Of a DNA stretch of 64,000 bases, positions 49,468-58,439 are shown piece by piece; position 1 is the stretch's first letter, and the number at the start of each line of letters is the position of its first letter. The position numbers and the translations under genes are program-made. The notes under the pieces are model-generated. The model had not been told where the DNA came from. It saw nothing but the letters and a program-made list of their open reading frames with translations, and did not search any database. This DNA is from Candidatus Latescibacterota bacterium. GTDB taxonomy: Bacteria > Latescibacterota > UBA2968. The DNA is taken from positions 2,528,001 to 2,592,000 of the forward strand of contig OZ242320.1 of NCBI GenBank assembly GCA_965208125.1, written 5' to 3'.

Positions 49468-50673
49468 TTGCACGATCAAAACCAACATCCACCCCTGAAT
49501 GGAATAAGGATTGTCTCGGTGGAGCAGTTCGGGGCGGGGCCGTGGGCAACGATGATGTTGGCGGACCTTGGGGCGGAGATCATCAAAGTCGAGAATCCCG
49601 AGACGGGTGGCGATGTCGCGCGTTACGTGCCACCCTATACCGCTGAACAGGATAGCGTGTATTTTCAGAGTTTCAACCGGAACAAGAAGAGTATGACGCT
49701 GAATTTGCAGCATCCAGGAGGACGGGAGGTGTTGCATCGGCTGGTGGGGATTTCGGATGGGGTGTTCAACAACCTGCGCGGAGATCTTCCGGCCCGGCTG
49801 GGTCTGGACTATCCGGCGCTGAGTGCGGTTAAGGCTTCAATTGTGTGTTGCTCGCTTTCCGCGTTCGGGCGGCGTGGGTCTCGAGCGGGCGAACCGGGAT
49901 ACGATTATCTGATGCAGGGATATGCCGGATGGATGAGTCTTACGGGCGAGCCAGATGGCCCACCGACGAAAACAGGACTTTCCCTCGTGGATCTCGGTGC
50001 AGGCACCATGGCGTCTCTGGGCATGGTCAGCGCGATTTTCCGCGCCAGACAGACGGGTTTGGGGTGCGATGTAGATGTGAATCTGTTCGATACGGCACTG
50101 GCGAATCTGGGATATGTGGCGGCGTGGTTCCTGACCAGAGGGTATCAGGCGCATCGGACGCCCGATTCTTCTCATCCGTCACAGATCCCGTCGCAGGTGG
50201 TGCCGACCAGGGACGGATGGCTCGTGATCATGTGCGCAAAGGAGAAGTTTTTTCAAAATCTGGTACGCGTTCTGGGGGTGCCGGAACTGTCGGAAGATCC
50301 CCGGTTCTGCTCTTTTGCGGATCGCCTGGAGAACCGGGATGTTCTGGTTCCGATTCTGAAGGATCTCTTCCGCAAGAAGACAACCGACGATTGGCTGGCG
50401 CTGCTCAAGGGCAAGGTGCCTTGCGCGCCCGTGAATACGGTTGAACAGGCTTTTGCCGACCCGCAGGTGGCCGAGGATAATATGATACTGGAGTTGCCGC
50501 ATCCGGATTTCGGAGTCGTCCGGGTGGTGGCGAGTCCCATAGAGGTCGGTGGCGGATCGATTGAACCCCGGCGCGGGCCTTCACTGGGAGAACACAACGA
50601 GTCGGTCTTGGGCGAATATCTGGGATATTCAATGCCAGAGATTGAGAAACTCCGAAGCGACGGTGCCATTTGA
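49468..50673 (+). CDS. Family III (CaiB/BaiF) CoA-transferase
   Basis: AGPWATMMLADLGAEIIKVE, NRNKKS, PGYD, P-x-LGEHN. Confidence 0.92.
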   Translation: MHDQNQHPPLNGIRIVSVEQFGAGPWATMMLADLGAEIIKVENPETGGDVARYVPPYTAEQDSVYFQSFNRNKKSMTLNLQHPGGREVLHRLVGISDGVFNNLRGDLPARLGLDYPALSAVKASIVCCSLSAFGRRGSRAGEPGYDYLMQGYAGWMSLTGEPDGPPTKTGLSLVDLGAGTMASLGMVSAIFRARQTGLGCDVDVNLFDTALANLGYVAAWFLTRGYQAHRTPDSSHPSQIPSQVVPTRDGWLVIMCAKEKFFQNLVRVLGVPELSEDPRFCSFADRLENRDVLVPILKDLFRKKTTDDWLALLKGKVPCAPVNTVEQAFADPQVAEDNMILELPHPDFGVVRVVASPIEVGGGSIEPRRGPSLGEHNESVLGEYLGYSMPEIEKLRSDGAI

Positions 50674-50677
50674 ATTT

Positions 50678-52045
50678 TCATGCATTGGGCAACTCCGTTC
50701 GCAACACAAGTTTTTCCTCGGGTGTTCCCGCGCCTTTTAATACTTCCAGATACGCTTGGTGCAGTCGCTGTGCTTCGGCCATGTTTTGCTGGTTATACAC
50801 GTTGTGCTTTTGCGCGAGGTCTGTTTGCAGGTCGTATAATTCCGCAGGCCAGTTGGGGCCGCGATAGTGCAAGGTCCAGTTGCCGTCTGTGATGCTGGAG
50901 CATACGCTTCTGTCTTCGCGCACTGGCAGGGTTGCCGATGTGACGGCGACTTTTCGTTGTTCTTCTGCTTTTTCGCCTTTCAGTATGGGGGCGACTGATA
51001 TCCCGTGTAGTCCATCGGGTTTTTTTATGCCTGCCAGATCGAGTATTGTGGGCATGAAATCGACGGGTTGTGTTAAGACTTTTGTGCGTTTTCCCGCTGC
51101 GTTGCTGCCGGGCACATATCCCATGAAGGCCGTGTGGGATACTTCTTCGTAATAGGGCCAGTCGCCGTCTGGTCCCTGTCCGCTTTTGCCAATGCGTCCG
51201 TGGTCGCCGATGTAATGTCCGTGATCAGACATGAAGATCACGGCTGTGTCTTCCCAGAGATTCAGGTTTTCTACTTTTTCCAACAGGTGACCGACCCAGG
51301 TGTCCATGAGTGTGACTTCACCTGCGTATAGCGCCCGCGTGTGTTTGATTTCTTCTGCGCTCAGGTAATCGCAATAGTCGTAAATGGGATGGTCGATGAC
51401 TTCACCTGCGTATCCGGGGTTGTACATATTGACGTAGTGCGCGGGGGGATCCCACGGTTCGTGAGGGTCAAAGGTGTCGATGTAGAGGAAGAATTTTTCG
51501 TGGGTGTGGTTTGCTTCCAGCCAGTCTGCGGCGCGTTGCATGGTGCGTGCGACAAAGGTGTCGCGTTCTGTTTCCCAGTGTGCTGCACGCCAGCGATAGT
51601 GATATTGTTGCATGCGCTCAGGTGTGCGAATTTTTTCGGGGACTGATTCGAAGGGGACGGGTATATCGTCTGTGATTGAGCGGTCGCCTTCTTGCCCGCG
51701 AATCCATTCCCAGCCCAAAAACCCGCGGTCAAATTGATGTCCGTCTCTTACGAGATGTGGTGTGTCACATAAGAGCATGGTTACATATCCCGCGTCTGTG
51801 AGGAGTTCGGCTAAGATGATTTCATCTTCGGGGAGCGGTGTCCAGCCGCGGAAGGGAAAAGTGAGTCTGCCGGTCATCATGTCTGTGCGCGTGGGTATTG
51901 TTGGAAACGACGCTTGATATGCGCGGTCAAAGACCATGCAGCGTTTGGAGAATGCGTCTATATGCGGCGTGCGGATCCAGTTATTGCCATGACACCCCAG
52001 GTGATCGTAGCGCAGGGTGTCGGACATTACGACGATGATATTCAT
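50678..52045 (-). CDS. Sulfatase-like hydrolase with Thr at the nucleophile position
   Basis: SDTLRYDHLG, TIPTR in place of CxPxR, DPHEPW, SDHG, ELYDL. Confidence 0.85.
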   Translation of the reverse strand: MNIIVVMSDTLRYDHLGCHGNNWIRTPHIDAFSKRCMVFDRAYQASFPTIPTRTDMMTGRLTFPFRGWTPLPEDEIILAELLTDAGYVTMLLCDTPHLVRDGHQFDRGFLGWEWIRGQEGDRSITDDIPVPFESVPEKIRTPERMQQYHYRWRAAHWETERDTFVARTMQRAADWLEANHTHEKFFLYIDTFDPHEPWDPPAHYVNMYNPGYAGEVIDHPIYDYCDYLSAEEIKHTRALYAGEVTLMDTWVGHLLEKVENLNLWEDTAVIFMSDHGHYIGDHGRIGKSGQGPDGDWPYYEEVSHTAFMGYVPGSNAAGKRTKVLTQPVDFMPTILDLAGIKKPDGLHGISVAPILKGEKAEEQRKVAVTSATLPVREDRSVCSSITDGNWTLHYRGPNWPAELYDLQTDLAQKHNVYNQQNMAEAQRLHQAYLEVLKGAGTPEEKLVLRTELPNA

Positions 52046-52219
52046 GTTAGTCCTCCAAAAAGGTTTCTGAATGCTGAAAATTGAGCTTGTGTAAAATAAT
52101 TCCTTTTTTTAATTCTGCAATACGAACGTCAGATGGTTCAAAATGGGGTTGTGGTTTGTATATTTTTTTCTCTATGTTTTTCAGAGTGAATATTTATAGT
52201 CACACGCATTAGGGAGGAG

Positions 52220-53107
52220 ATGATGGATTCTATTTATGGGATTGTGCCGCCAGTGGTGACGCCGTTTCGGGAGGATGACGCACTTGATGAGGGGGCGTTT
52301 CGAGCGGAAATTCAGTATATGATTGAGACGGCAGAGGTGCACGGGTTGGCGGTGACGGGGAGTACGGGCGAGGGGCATACGCTCGGGGATGATGAGGTGA
52401 GGCAGTTGACGCAATGGGCAGTGGAGGAAGCCGATGGGCGAGTGCCAGTGATTACGGGGATTATTACGGACAGTACGAAGTCGGCAATTGAGCGGGGGAA
52501 GGCTGTGGCCGATTTGGGTCCGGTGGCGTTGCAGGTGACACCAGTGCATTATTTGTTTCGGCCAGACGATGATGCGATGGTCAGGCATTTTGAGGCGTTG
52601 TGTGAGGGGACGGAGTTGCCGGTGATGATTTACAATGTGGTGCCGTGGACGTATTTGTCGCCGGAGTTGTTGACGCGGATTATTGACGAGGTGGATGGTG
52701 TGGTGGGGGTGAAGCAGAGTGCGGGAGATATGAAGTTGCTGGCTGATTTGTTGTTGATGGCCGGAGATCGAGCACGGATTATGACTGCGGTGGATGCGTT
52801 GTTGTATCCGTCATTTGTTTTGGGTGCGCACGGTGCGATTGCTGCGATTTTGACGGCTGTGCCCGAGTTGTGTGTGGCGGTGTGGGATGCGTGTCAGACG
52901 GGTGATCATAAAAAGGCGTTGGATTTACACGAGAAGTTGCTGCCGATTTGGAATGCGATTTTTGATGATAATTTGCCCGCAAATACCAAGTATGCGATGA
53001 AGCTGCAGGGACGTGATGGGGGTGTGCCGCGCCCGCCAATGCCACCGTCGTCTGCCGAGCAAGAGGGGCGGGTTCAGGCGGCATTGGAGAATGCAAGTGT
53101 GGTTTAA
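52220..53107 (+). CDS. Dihydrodipicolinate synthase family (class I aldolase) protein
   Basis: VTPF, GSTGEG, IYNV, GVKQS. Confidence 0.88.
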   Translation: MMDSIYGIVPPVVTPFREDDALDEGAFRAEIQYMIETAEVHGLAVTGSTGEGHTLGDDEVRQLTQWAVEEADGRVPVITGIITDSTKSAIERGKAVADLGPVALQVTPVHYLFRPDDDAMVRHFEALCEGTELPVMIYNVVPWTYLSPELLTRIIDEVDGVVGVKQSAGDMKLLADLLLMAGDRARIMTAVDALLYPSFVLGAHGAIAAILTAVPELCVAVWDACQTGDHKKALDLHEKLLPIWNAIFDDNLPANTKYAMKLQGRDGGVPRPPMPPSSAEQEGRVQAALENASVV

Positions 53108-54468
53108 TCCTGCGCCTTCAGCCTGATTGGCATTAGCAATGCCAGCCATTCCGCATTCAGGGGTGTGCGCAAGATGATCGCTTTTCCCTGTTCTCTAAAT
53201 TCTATTGTGATTTCATCGCTGTCTTCAAAGTCGAGAGCATGCAGGATCTTTTTGAGATATGCGAAGTTCACGGCGAACCTGAGTGTGTCTTCTGATGGTG
53301 TTTCAAATTTGGCATTGAGGGGTACTTGAAATATCCAATCTGCAACGCCTCCTGGCGAGTCGTCATCTTTCGCGTCGTGGAGATATTGGAATTTGCCATT
53401 GTCCTCTCGGGTATATCCCGTGTCCCGTGAGGTGAGAAAGGTTATGGTTTGGGTCAGTGGCGAGAGATGCAGATCTATACGAGGGCGGTATTGCCATGTG
53501 TCCGACTCTGGGTGCCGCGCTTCCATGAAGTCTTGTAGTAAGTTCAGTGCGTGTGCGAGAAGAGTCGAGGAGATGGAAACGCGCATTGTGGGATCTTCTT
53601 GCGGGATGACCTGTTCGTATTTGACATAAGGTCCTTCGATCAAGGGGACCTGAAGGGTTGTGCCATTGCCCTGGATTTCTGCGGTTGTTTCCGCAATTTT
53701 CAATGTGGCATGTTCGGGGAGTTGAATGCCTGACCAGGGTCCGATGACAATGGGTGCGGCTAATTCCGAGAGGCTTTTCAATGTGCGAATGATCATGATA
53801 TGCCCATTGGTCGCAATCGCGCGACCGCCTGTGTCGAGACATACGCCCTGCAAGATCGGGCGTTTTTCATCGTCGCTTACAAAACCGATTACTTTTTTGA
53901 GCGCGTCCATGTCCGCGCGGTTCAGTTCAGTTGTTTGCATTTGAATATCCGACATTTTGTGCAGCTCTCCTTTCAATTTGAGACGCGCACGCCTCAGGCG
54001 CCCGCGCACGGTTTCTACCGTGAGGTTCAGGAGGTCGGCTGTTTCCGCATAAGAATATCCTTTGAAATAGTGATGGGCGATTACCTGGCGATGTTCAGCC
54101 GATAGGATGCGTAGCGCGGCTCGTACAATGTGTTTGATTTCTTCTTCATCGTGCGGTGCGGGTTCTGGATAAAATGTTTCTTCCAGCCGCAATTGCACGG
54201 CTCGACGGCGATGATGGGAGTTGACGGCGTTGCGTATGATGCTGTGTAACCAGGGTCTAAATCGGTCGGGTTTGCGAAGTTGATGCAGATTTTCGTACAC
54301 TTTGATAAATACGATTTGGACCAGGTCTTCTACGTCATCGACCAATCGTATGGATCGGGCAATTTGGGCATACACATATCGCGAATAGCGTTGCACCAGA
54401 ACTGCGAATGCTTTGCGGTCGCCGTCTAAAATCCTGGCGATGAGCGCGCTGTCTTCAATCTGTTCCAT
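53104..54468 (-). CDS. ECF sigma factor fused to beta sliding clamp (DnaN) domains II-III
   Basis: sigma2 VEDLVQIVF...FRPWLHSIIRN; sigma4 SYAETADLL...TVRGRLRRAR; then RPILQGV, ATNGH, LIEGPYVKYEQVIP, VNFAYL..IL.AL, LLMPIRL. Confidence 0.8.
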   Translation of the reverse strand: MEQIEDSALIARILDGDRKAFAVLVQRYSRYVYAQIARSIRLVDDVEDLVQIVFIKVYENLHQLRKPDRFRPWLHSIIRNAVNSHHRRRAVQLRLEETFYPEPAPHDEEEIKHIVRAALRILSAEHRQVIAHHYFKGYSYAETADLLNLTVETVRGRLRRARLKLKGELHKMSDIQMQTTELNRADMDALKKVIGFVSDDEKRPILQGVCLDTGGRAIATNGHIMIIRTLKSLSELAAPIVIGPWSGIQLPEHATLKIAETTAEIQGNGTTLQVPLIEGPYVKYEQVIPQEDPTMRVSISSTLLAHALNLLQDFMEARHPESDTWQYRPRIDLHLSPLTQTITFLTSRDTGYTREDNGKFQYLHDAKDDDSPGGVADWIFQVPLNAKFETPSEDTLRFAVNFAYLKKILHALDFEDSDEITIEFREQGKAIILRTPLNAEWLALLMPIRLKAQD

Positions 54469-54509
54469 ATTTCTCGCTGCGAAAAATTAATCCACGCGTG
54501 TTTTAATAA

Positions 54510-54538
54510 GAGACGAGCCTGTATCCCGAAAGTGTCGC
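54510..54538 (-). promoter_or_regulatory. Possible ECF autoregulatory promoter
   Basis: Minus strand GCGACAC-N16-CGTCTC about 40 bp upstream of the sigma-clamp ATG. Confidence 0.35.
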
Positions 54539-54546
54539 ATGGATAT

Positions 54547-54583
54547 AAAAAAAGCCCCGGATTGTTCCGAGGCTTGATTTTTT
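54547..54583. terminator. Intrinsic terminator after PhyH gene
   Basis: A7-gccccgg-loop-ccgaggctt...T6. Confidence 0.55.
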
Positions 54584-54588
54584 CGATG

Positions 54589-55407
54589 TTAAGCATTGGG
54601 ACACTTGAAGTCCAGGCCATCCATGATGACTTTTATCTGATCGGATGGTTTGAAATAATCTGTTGCGGTATAGTTTTTGCCCAGGTCGCCCATTAACCGA
54701 CGGCGGCGGGGTGTCATGCGGGATAGAACTTCTTCGGGACATTTTTCGTAATCGTAAGGTCTGCACCACATTTGTCCATACCGGAAGGTGATGCTGCGCC
54801 GCACGACGTCTGTGTGATTTGGCGCAACTGCGTGCCACATGGTATTCGGAAAGATCGCGCAATCTCCCGCTTCGGCAATGAGTTGTATTGCGCCGGGCGG
54901 TGTTTCATTGCGCGCCTCTTTGGGCATTGGGCGGCGATGGCTGCCGGGTACCAGACAGAAGTTTGCACAATTTTCGTGTGGTATATCGGTGAGGAAAAAC
55001 TGAATTTTGAAGTTTAATGGCAGACTGTCTGGCGTGACCCGAATTTGTGCCAGTGAGCGTCCAGCATCGGTGTGCCAGCCGATCAGATTGTCGGATTTGT
55101 CATTTGGATAGCGCACGTAAATTTGCGATCCCATGATCTGGATATAAGGTCCCATCAGGTCGAGGATGACGCCAAATAAGTTGGGATGGTCCATTAACCC
55201 GTCAATACGATTCGTTCGGAAGAGCGTTTGGATGATGGTATAGACGCCTTTTTCGAGAACCTCGGGATATTTGGCTTCATACTCTGCGATTACTTCATTG
55301 GCCGCGTCGAGATAACCCGCTGCTTCGTCTTTGGGGATTACATTTTTGAGATGTAAATATCCCTGTTCCTGCCACTGTTGCCGCATGGATTTGCTCAATT
55401 GGTTCAT
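54589..55407 (-). CDS. PhyH-family Fe(II)/2OG dioxygenase
   Basis: GWHTD, VPGSH, AGD...WHAVAPN. Confidence 0.88.
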   Translation of the reverse strand: MNQLSKSMRQQWQEQGYLHLKNVIPKDEAAGYLDAANEVIAEYEAKYPEVLEKGVYTIIQTLFRTNRIDGLMDHPNLFGVILDLMGPYIQIMGSQIYVRYPNDKSDNLIGWHTDAGRSLAQIRVTPDSLPLNFKIQFFLTDIPHENCANFCLVPGSHRRPMPKEARNETPPGAIQLIAEAGDCAIFPNTMWHAVAPNHTDVVRRSITFRYGQMWCRPYDYEKCPEEVLSRMTPRRRRLMGDLGKNYTATDYFKPSDQIKVIMDGLDFKCPNA

Positions 55408-55519
55408 GTCAAAGCTCCTGTGTTTTGAATGTTGTTTTAGACCTTAGCCCTTGCCTGATTGTGTACAATGAGATATTTTTCGATGAAACTATCGGAAAAC
55501 AATATAAAAGGAGGCTTTT

Positions 55520-55840
55520 ATGCTCGTGTTGACAACCCCCAATATTGAGGGAAAAACTATTGATAGCTATCAGGGTATTGTGACTGGCGAAGCTATTTTG
55601 GGTGCCAATTTTTTCAAAGATATTTTTGCGAGTCTCCGCGATATTGTCGGCGGGCGTTCAGCCGCGTATGAGTCAGAACTCCGCAGAGCCAAAGATCTCG
55701 CCATTGAGGAAATGGTCGAACAGGCACGCGGTATGGGTGCCAATGCCGTCATTGGCGTGGATCTCGACTACGATACGGTTGGCGAGGGCAGTATGCTTAT
55801 GGTCAGTGCCAGTGGCACGGCTGTTACTTATCGGGCTTGA
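55520..55840 (+). CDS. YbjQ/UPF0145 family protein
   Basis: [12 protein letters not shown]...[12 protein letters not shown]...[12 protein letters not shown]...SGTAV. Confidence 0.92.
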   Translation: MLVLTTPNIEGKTIDSYQGIVTGEAILGANFFKDIFASLRDIVGGRSAAYESELRRAKDLAIEEMVEQARGMGANAVIGVDLDYDTVGEGSMLMVSASGTAVTYRA

Positions 55841-55848
55841 GACGTTCG

Positions 55849-56715
55849 TTATTTGTAGTGTGTTTGGGTAAATTTCGATTCTTTTATTACGGTTTGCGAT
55901 TCGTAAATGGATCCGCTTCGGAGTGCGCCCGGCCAGGGCATTCGCACGGGTACGGCTTCCACGCGCGGGATGTTGGTCGGTTCGCCGCGCACGATTGTTT
56001 CATTGAACAAATCCCAGTTGTTCAGGCCAGATAGGGGATACGCATCGATCGCGCAGTATTGAAATAGGAGCAGTCGGCGGGGTTTGTCAGATGTATTGGA
56101 TACTGATCCGTGCAGCATGCGTACGTGATGAATTGTGATGCCGCCTGCTTTTACCATTACGGGGACGGCTCCTTTGTCGCTAAAGGTCGGATCAGTTACG
56201 GCGCCGCAGAAATGGCCATCGAGGTGATGATCGTACACTGGCCCTTTGTGCGAGCCGGGGATGACGAGCAAGGGGCCGTTTTCTTCTGTCATGTCGTCGA
56301 GCACTATGCCCACAGCGAGCAAATCGTCGTTGCTATGCGGATAAAATGCCCAGTCCTGATGCCACTCGACCGGGCTGCCGTAGCCGGGTTGTTTCATGTT
56401 GAGCTTGTTGCCATTGCAGCGCAGGCCGTATCCGATCAATTGCGATACGATGCCCAAAATTTTCTCGTGATGCAGGGTTTTGCGATATACTTCATGTAGC
56501 AGGATCGGACTTTTTAAGCGTCTCAATTTTGGGTTTTCGGGTGTGTGCCCGGGTTCGAGGTCGAATACTTCGGTGTGTTCGGTGACTTCCCGCGATTTTT
56601 CCACATATTCATCGGTTATCCGACGCAGGTTATTGACCTCGTCTTCACTGAGCACGTTCTCCACACCGAGATATCCGTGTTCGTGATAAAACGCAATTTG
56701 TTTCTGGGTGAGCAT
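55849..56715 (-). CDS. PhyH-family Fe(II)/2OG dioxygenase
   Basis: WHQDWAFYPH, ENGPL..IPGSH, HGSVSN. Confidence 0.9.
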   Translation of the reverse strand: MLTQKQIAFYHEHGYLGVENVLSEDEVNNLRRITDEYVEKSREVTEHTEVFDLEPGHTPENPKLRRLKSPILLHEVYRKTLHHEKILGIVSQLIGYGLRCNGNKLNMKQPGYGSPVEWHQDWAFYPHSNDDLLAVGIVLDDMTEENGPLLVIPGSHKGPVYDHHLDGHFCGAVTDPTFSDKGAVPVMVKAGGITIHHVRMLHGSVSNTSDKPRRLLLFQYCAIDAYPLSGLNNWDLFNETIVRGEPTNIPRVEAVPVRMPWPGALRSGSIYESQTVIKESKFTQTHYK

Positions 56716-56731
56716 GGTTTACTCCTTCTTT

Positions 56732-58204
56732 TTATGGATGTCGGTATTTGTTTTCAAATTTTTCGCGCAGTAAGACCGCGCCTTCTGCACGGTCGGTTTC
56801 TGCAAGGCGGTCGCAATAGTCTTCGAAAGCACCCCAGGTGTGCATTGGCCCACCTTCTTGCATGACTGTCCAGAGGGGATCGTTGTCGTAGGGTCGCGGC
56901 ATGGTTTCCATCATGTGGTCGTGCCAGTTCATGAGGCGATACGCAGCCTCGCGGCATATATTGGGATTTTCAGCCGCTACGTCGCGCATTTCCCAGGGGT
57001 CGTCTGATAGGTTAAATAATAGTTCGCGTGGGTAAAGTCGATATCCGTCGTGATAGGTGCGGATATAAATCCAGTCGTCAAAGCGGACAGCCCGCTGGCA
57101 CACATGGGCGCACTGGCTCAAGATTAATTCGTTGCGTCCAGCATCTGCACCTTCGGTAATGACAGTGGCATAACTTTCGCCATCCCACAACGCCTGTTTT
57201 TGCCCACCTAAAAGATCGGCTAATGTGGGCGCCAAATCAATATTGTAATGCAGGCCCTCGTCTGTGATTCCAGACTGCCCGCCGGGCCACTTTACAATCA
57301 TGGGAATATGGCAGGTTGCCTGATCGGCTGTTCCGTGTTCCCCGTATATGCCGAGTTCGCCCATGTTTTCGCCGTGATCTGCGCTGATGATGATCGCGGT
57401 GTCGTTCAGTACGCCTTTGTTTTCCAATATGCCCACAATGATGGCGATTTGATCATCTACGTACCGGATCGCGGTGTCGTATCCATCGATCATCCGCCGC
57501 AGGTCGTCCATGTTGTCCAGGCGCCCGGGGTGCCGGGGAAAGCGCGGATTGGGGCGGTCGTTCCACATCATGATGTCCTGCGCGGTGTGGGGACCGACGA
57601 GTTTTTTGTGTTCTTCCAGTAATTCGGGGGTCAGCCAGTCCGGTAGGGGGTCATCGGCAAAGGGTTCGCCGTATTCCGCTGGCGCGCGATAGGGTGTGTG
57701 TACATCCCAGTAGTTGATGTGCAAAAACCAGTTGTCGTCCGCGGCATTGTCATTCAGCCATTTTTCGACTACGGGTGTTACTTCTTCGGCTGATTCCATG
57801 CCGCCTTTGCCGGTGTTGTGTATTTCGTTGAAGCCCGCGTAAAAATGCCACGCGGCATGCCGCTGTCCAAAGGGGCTGATCATGGATGTTTTAAATCCCT
57901 GGCGTTGCAAGAAGCCAGCCAGGCCTTCGTTGGCGAGTCGATCTCGAAAACCGCGGTTTGGCCCATTTATCCGCCGTTCTGCCGCTGTGCCGCCATGCCC
58001 TACGACGCCCGAATGAATGCCAAATTGCCCGGAGTAAAGTGCGGTGCGCGATGGCAAGCAGGGCGCGTCTGTTGTATAGACCTGGTTAAATCGAATGCCT
58101 TCGGCTGCGATTTTGTCAATTGTTGGGGATGTGTTGCGGTGATATCCGTAACAGCCCAGGTGTGTGGGATTTAAGGCGTCGAGATCGAGGTACAGGATAC
58201 GCAT
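56732..58204 (-). CDS. Sulfatase (Cys-type formylglycine)
   Basis: CLPSR motif, DVHTPY, ADHGE; no signal peptide. Confidence 0.9.
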   Translation of the reverse strand: MRILYLDLDALNPTHLGCYGYHRNTSPTIDKIAAEGIRFNQVYTTDAPCLPSRTALYSGQFGIHSGVVGHGGTAAERRINGPNRGFRDRLANEGLAGFLQRQGFKTSMISPFGQRHAAWHFYAGFNEIHNTGKGGMESAEEVTPVVEKWLNDNAADDNWFLHINYWDVHTPYRAPAEYGEPFADDPLPDWLTPELLEEHKKLVGPHTAQDIMMWNDRPNPRFPRHPGRLDNMDDLRRMIDGYDTAIRYVDDQIAIIVGILENKGVLNDTAIIISADHGENMGELGIYGEHGTADQATCHIPMIVKWPGGQSGITDEGLHYNIDLAPTLADLLGGQKQALWDGESYATVITEGADAGRNELILSQCAHVCQRAVRFDDWIYIRTYHDGYRLYPRELLFNLSDDPWEMRDVAAENPNICREAAYRLMNWHDHMMETMPRPYDNDPLWTVMQEGGPMHTWGAFEDYCDRLAETDRAEGAVLLREKFENKYRHP

Positions 58205-58285
58205 ATACGTTCCTTTCTATATTTTTTTGAGTTCAAGGGACAATTTACCTTTAAAATTGTTTCTTAGCAAGTTTATCAGTGGTTT

Positions 58286-58365
58286 GTAGGGGACGGCCCC
58301 TGTGCCGTTCCGCACGACCACCTGTGTCTGACCTTCTGCGGGCGACCACAGGGGGTCGCCCCTAC
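58286..58365. repeat. Inverted pair of GTAG-type REPs (REPIN-like)
   Basis: gtaggggacggcccctgtgccgttcc ... gggcgaccacagggggtcgcccctac. Confidence 0.7.
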
Positions 58366-58439
58366 AAAACGGATTAACTTGACGGATCGGCCCGTTGACA
58401 TTATTCTGCATCGCACAAACAATAGCGAGGAGGCCGCAG

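Noticed and set aside
52220-53107. Assigning dapA
   Set aside because: No lysine pathway neighbours; could equally be another class I aldolase/dehydratase.
53104-53955. The replicative dnaN gene or an origin region
   Set aside because: Lacks clamp domain I, is fused to a sigma factor, and no dnaA/recF/gyrB or DnaA-box cluster is nearby.
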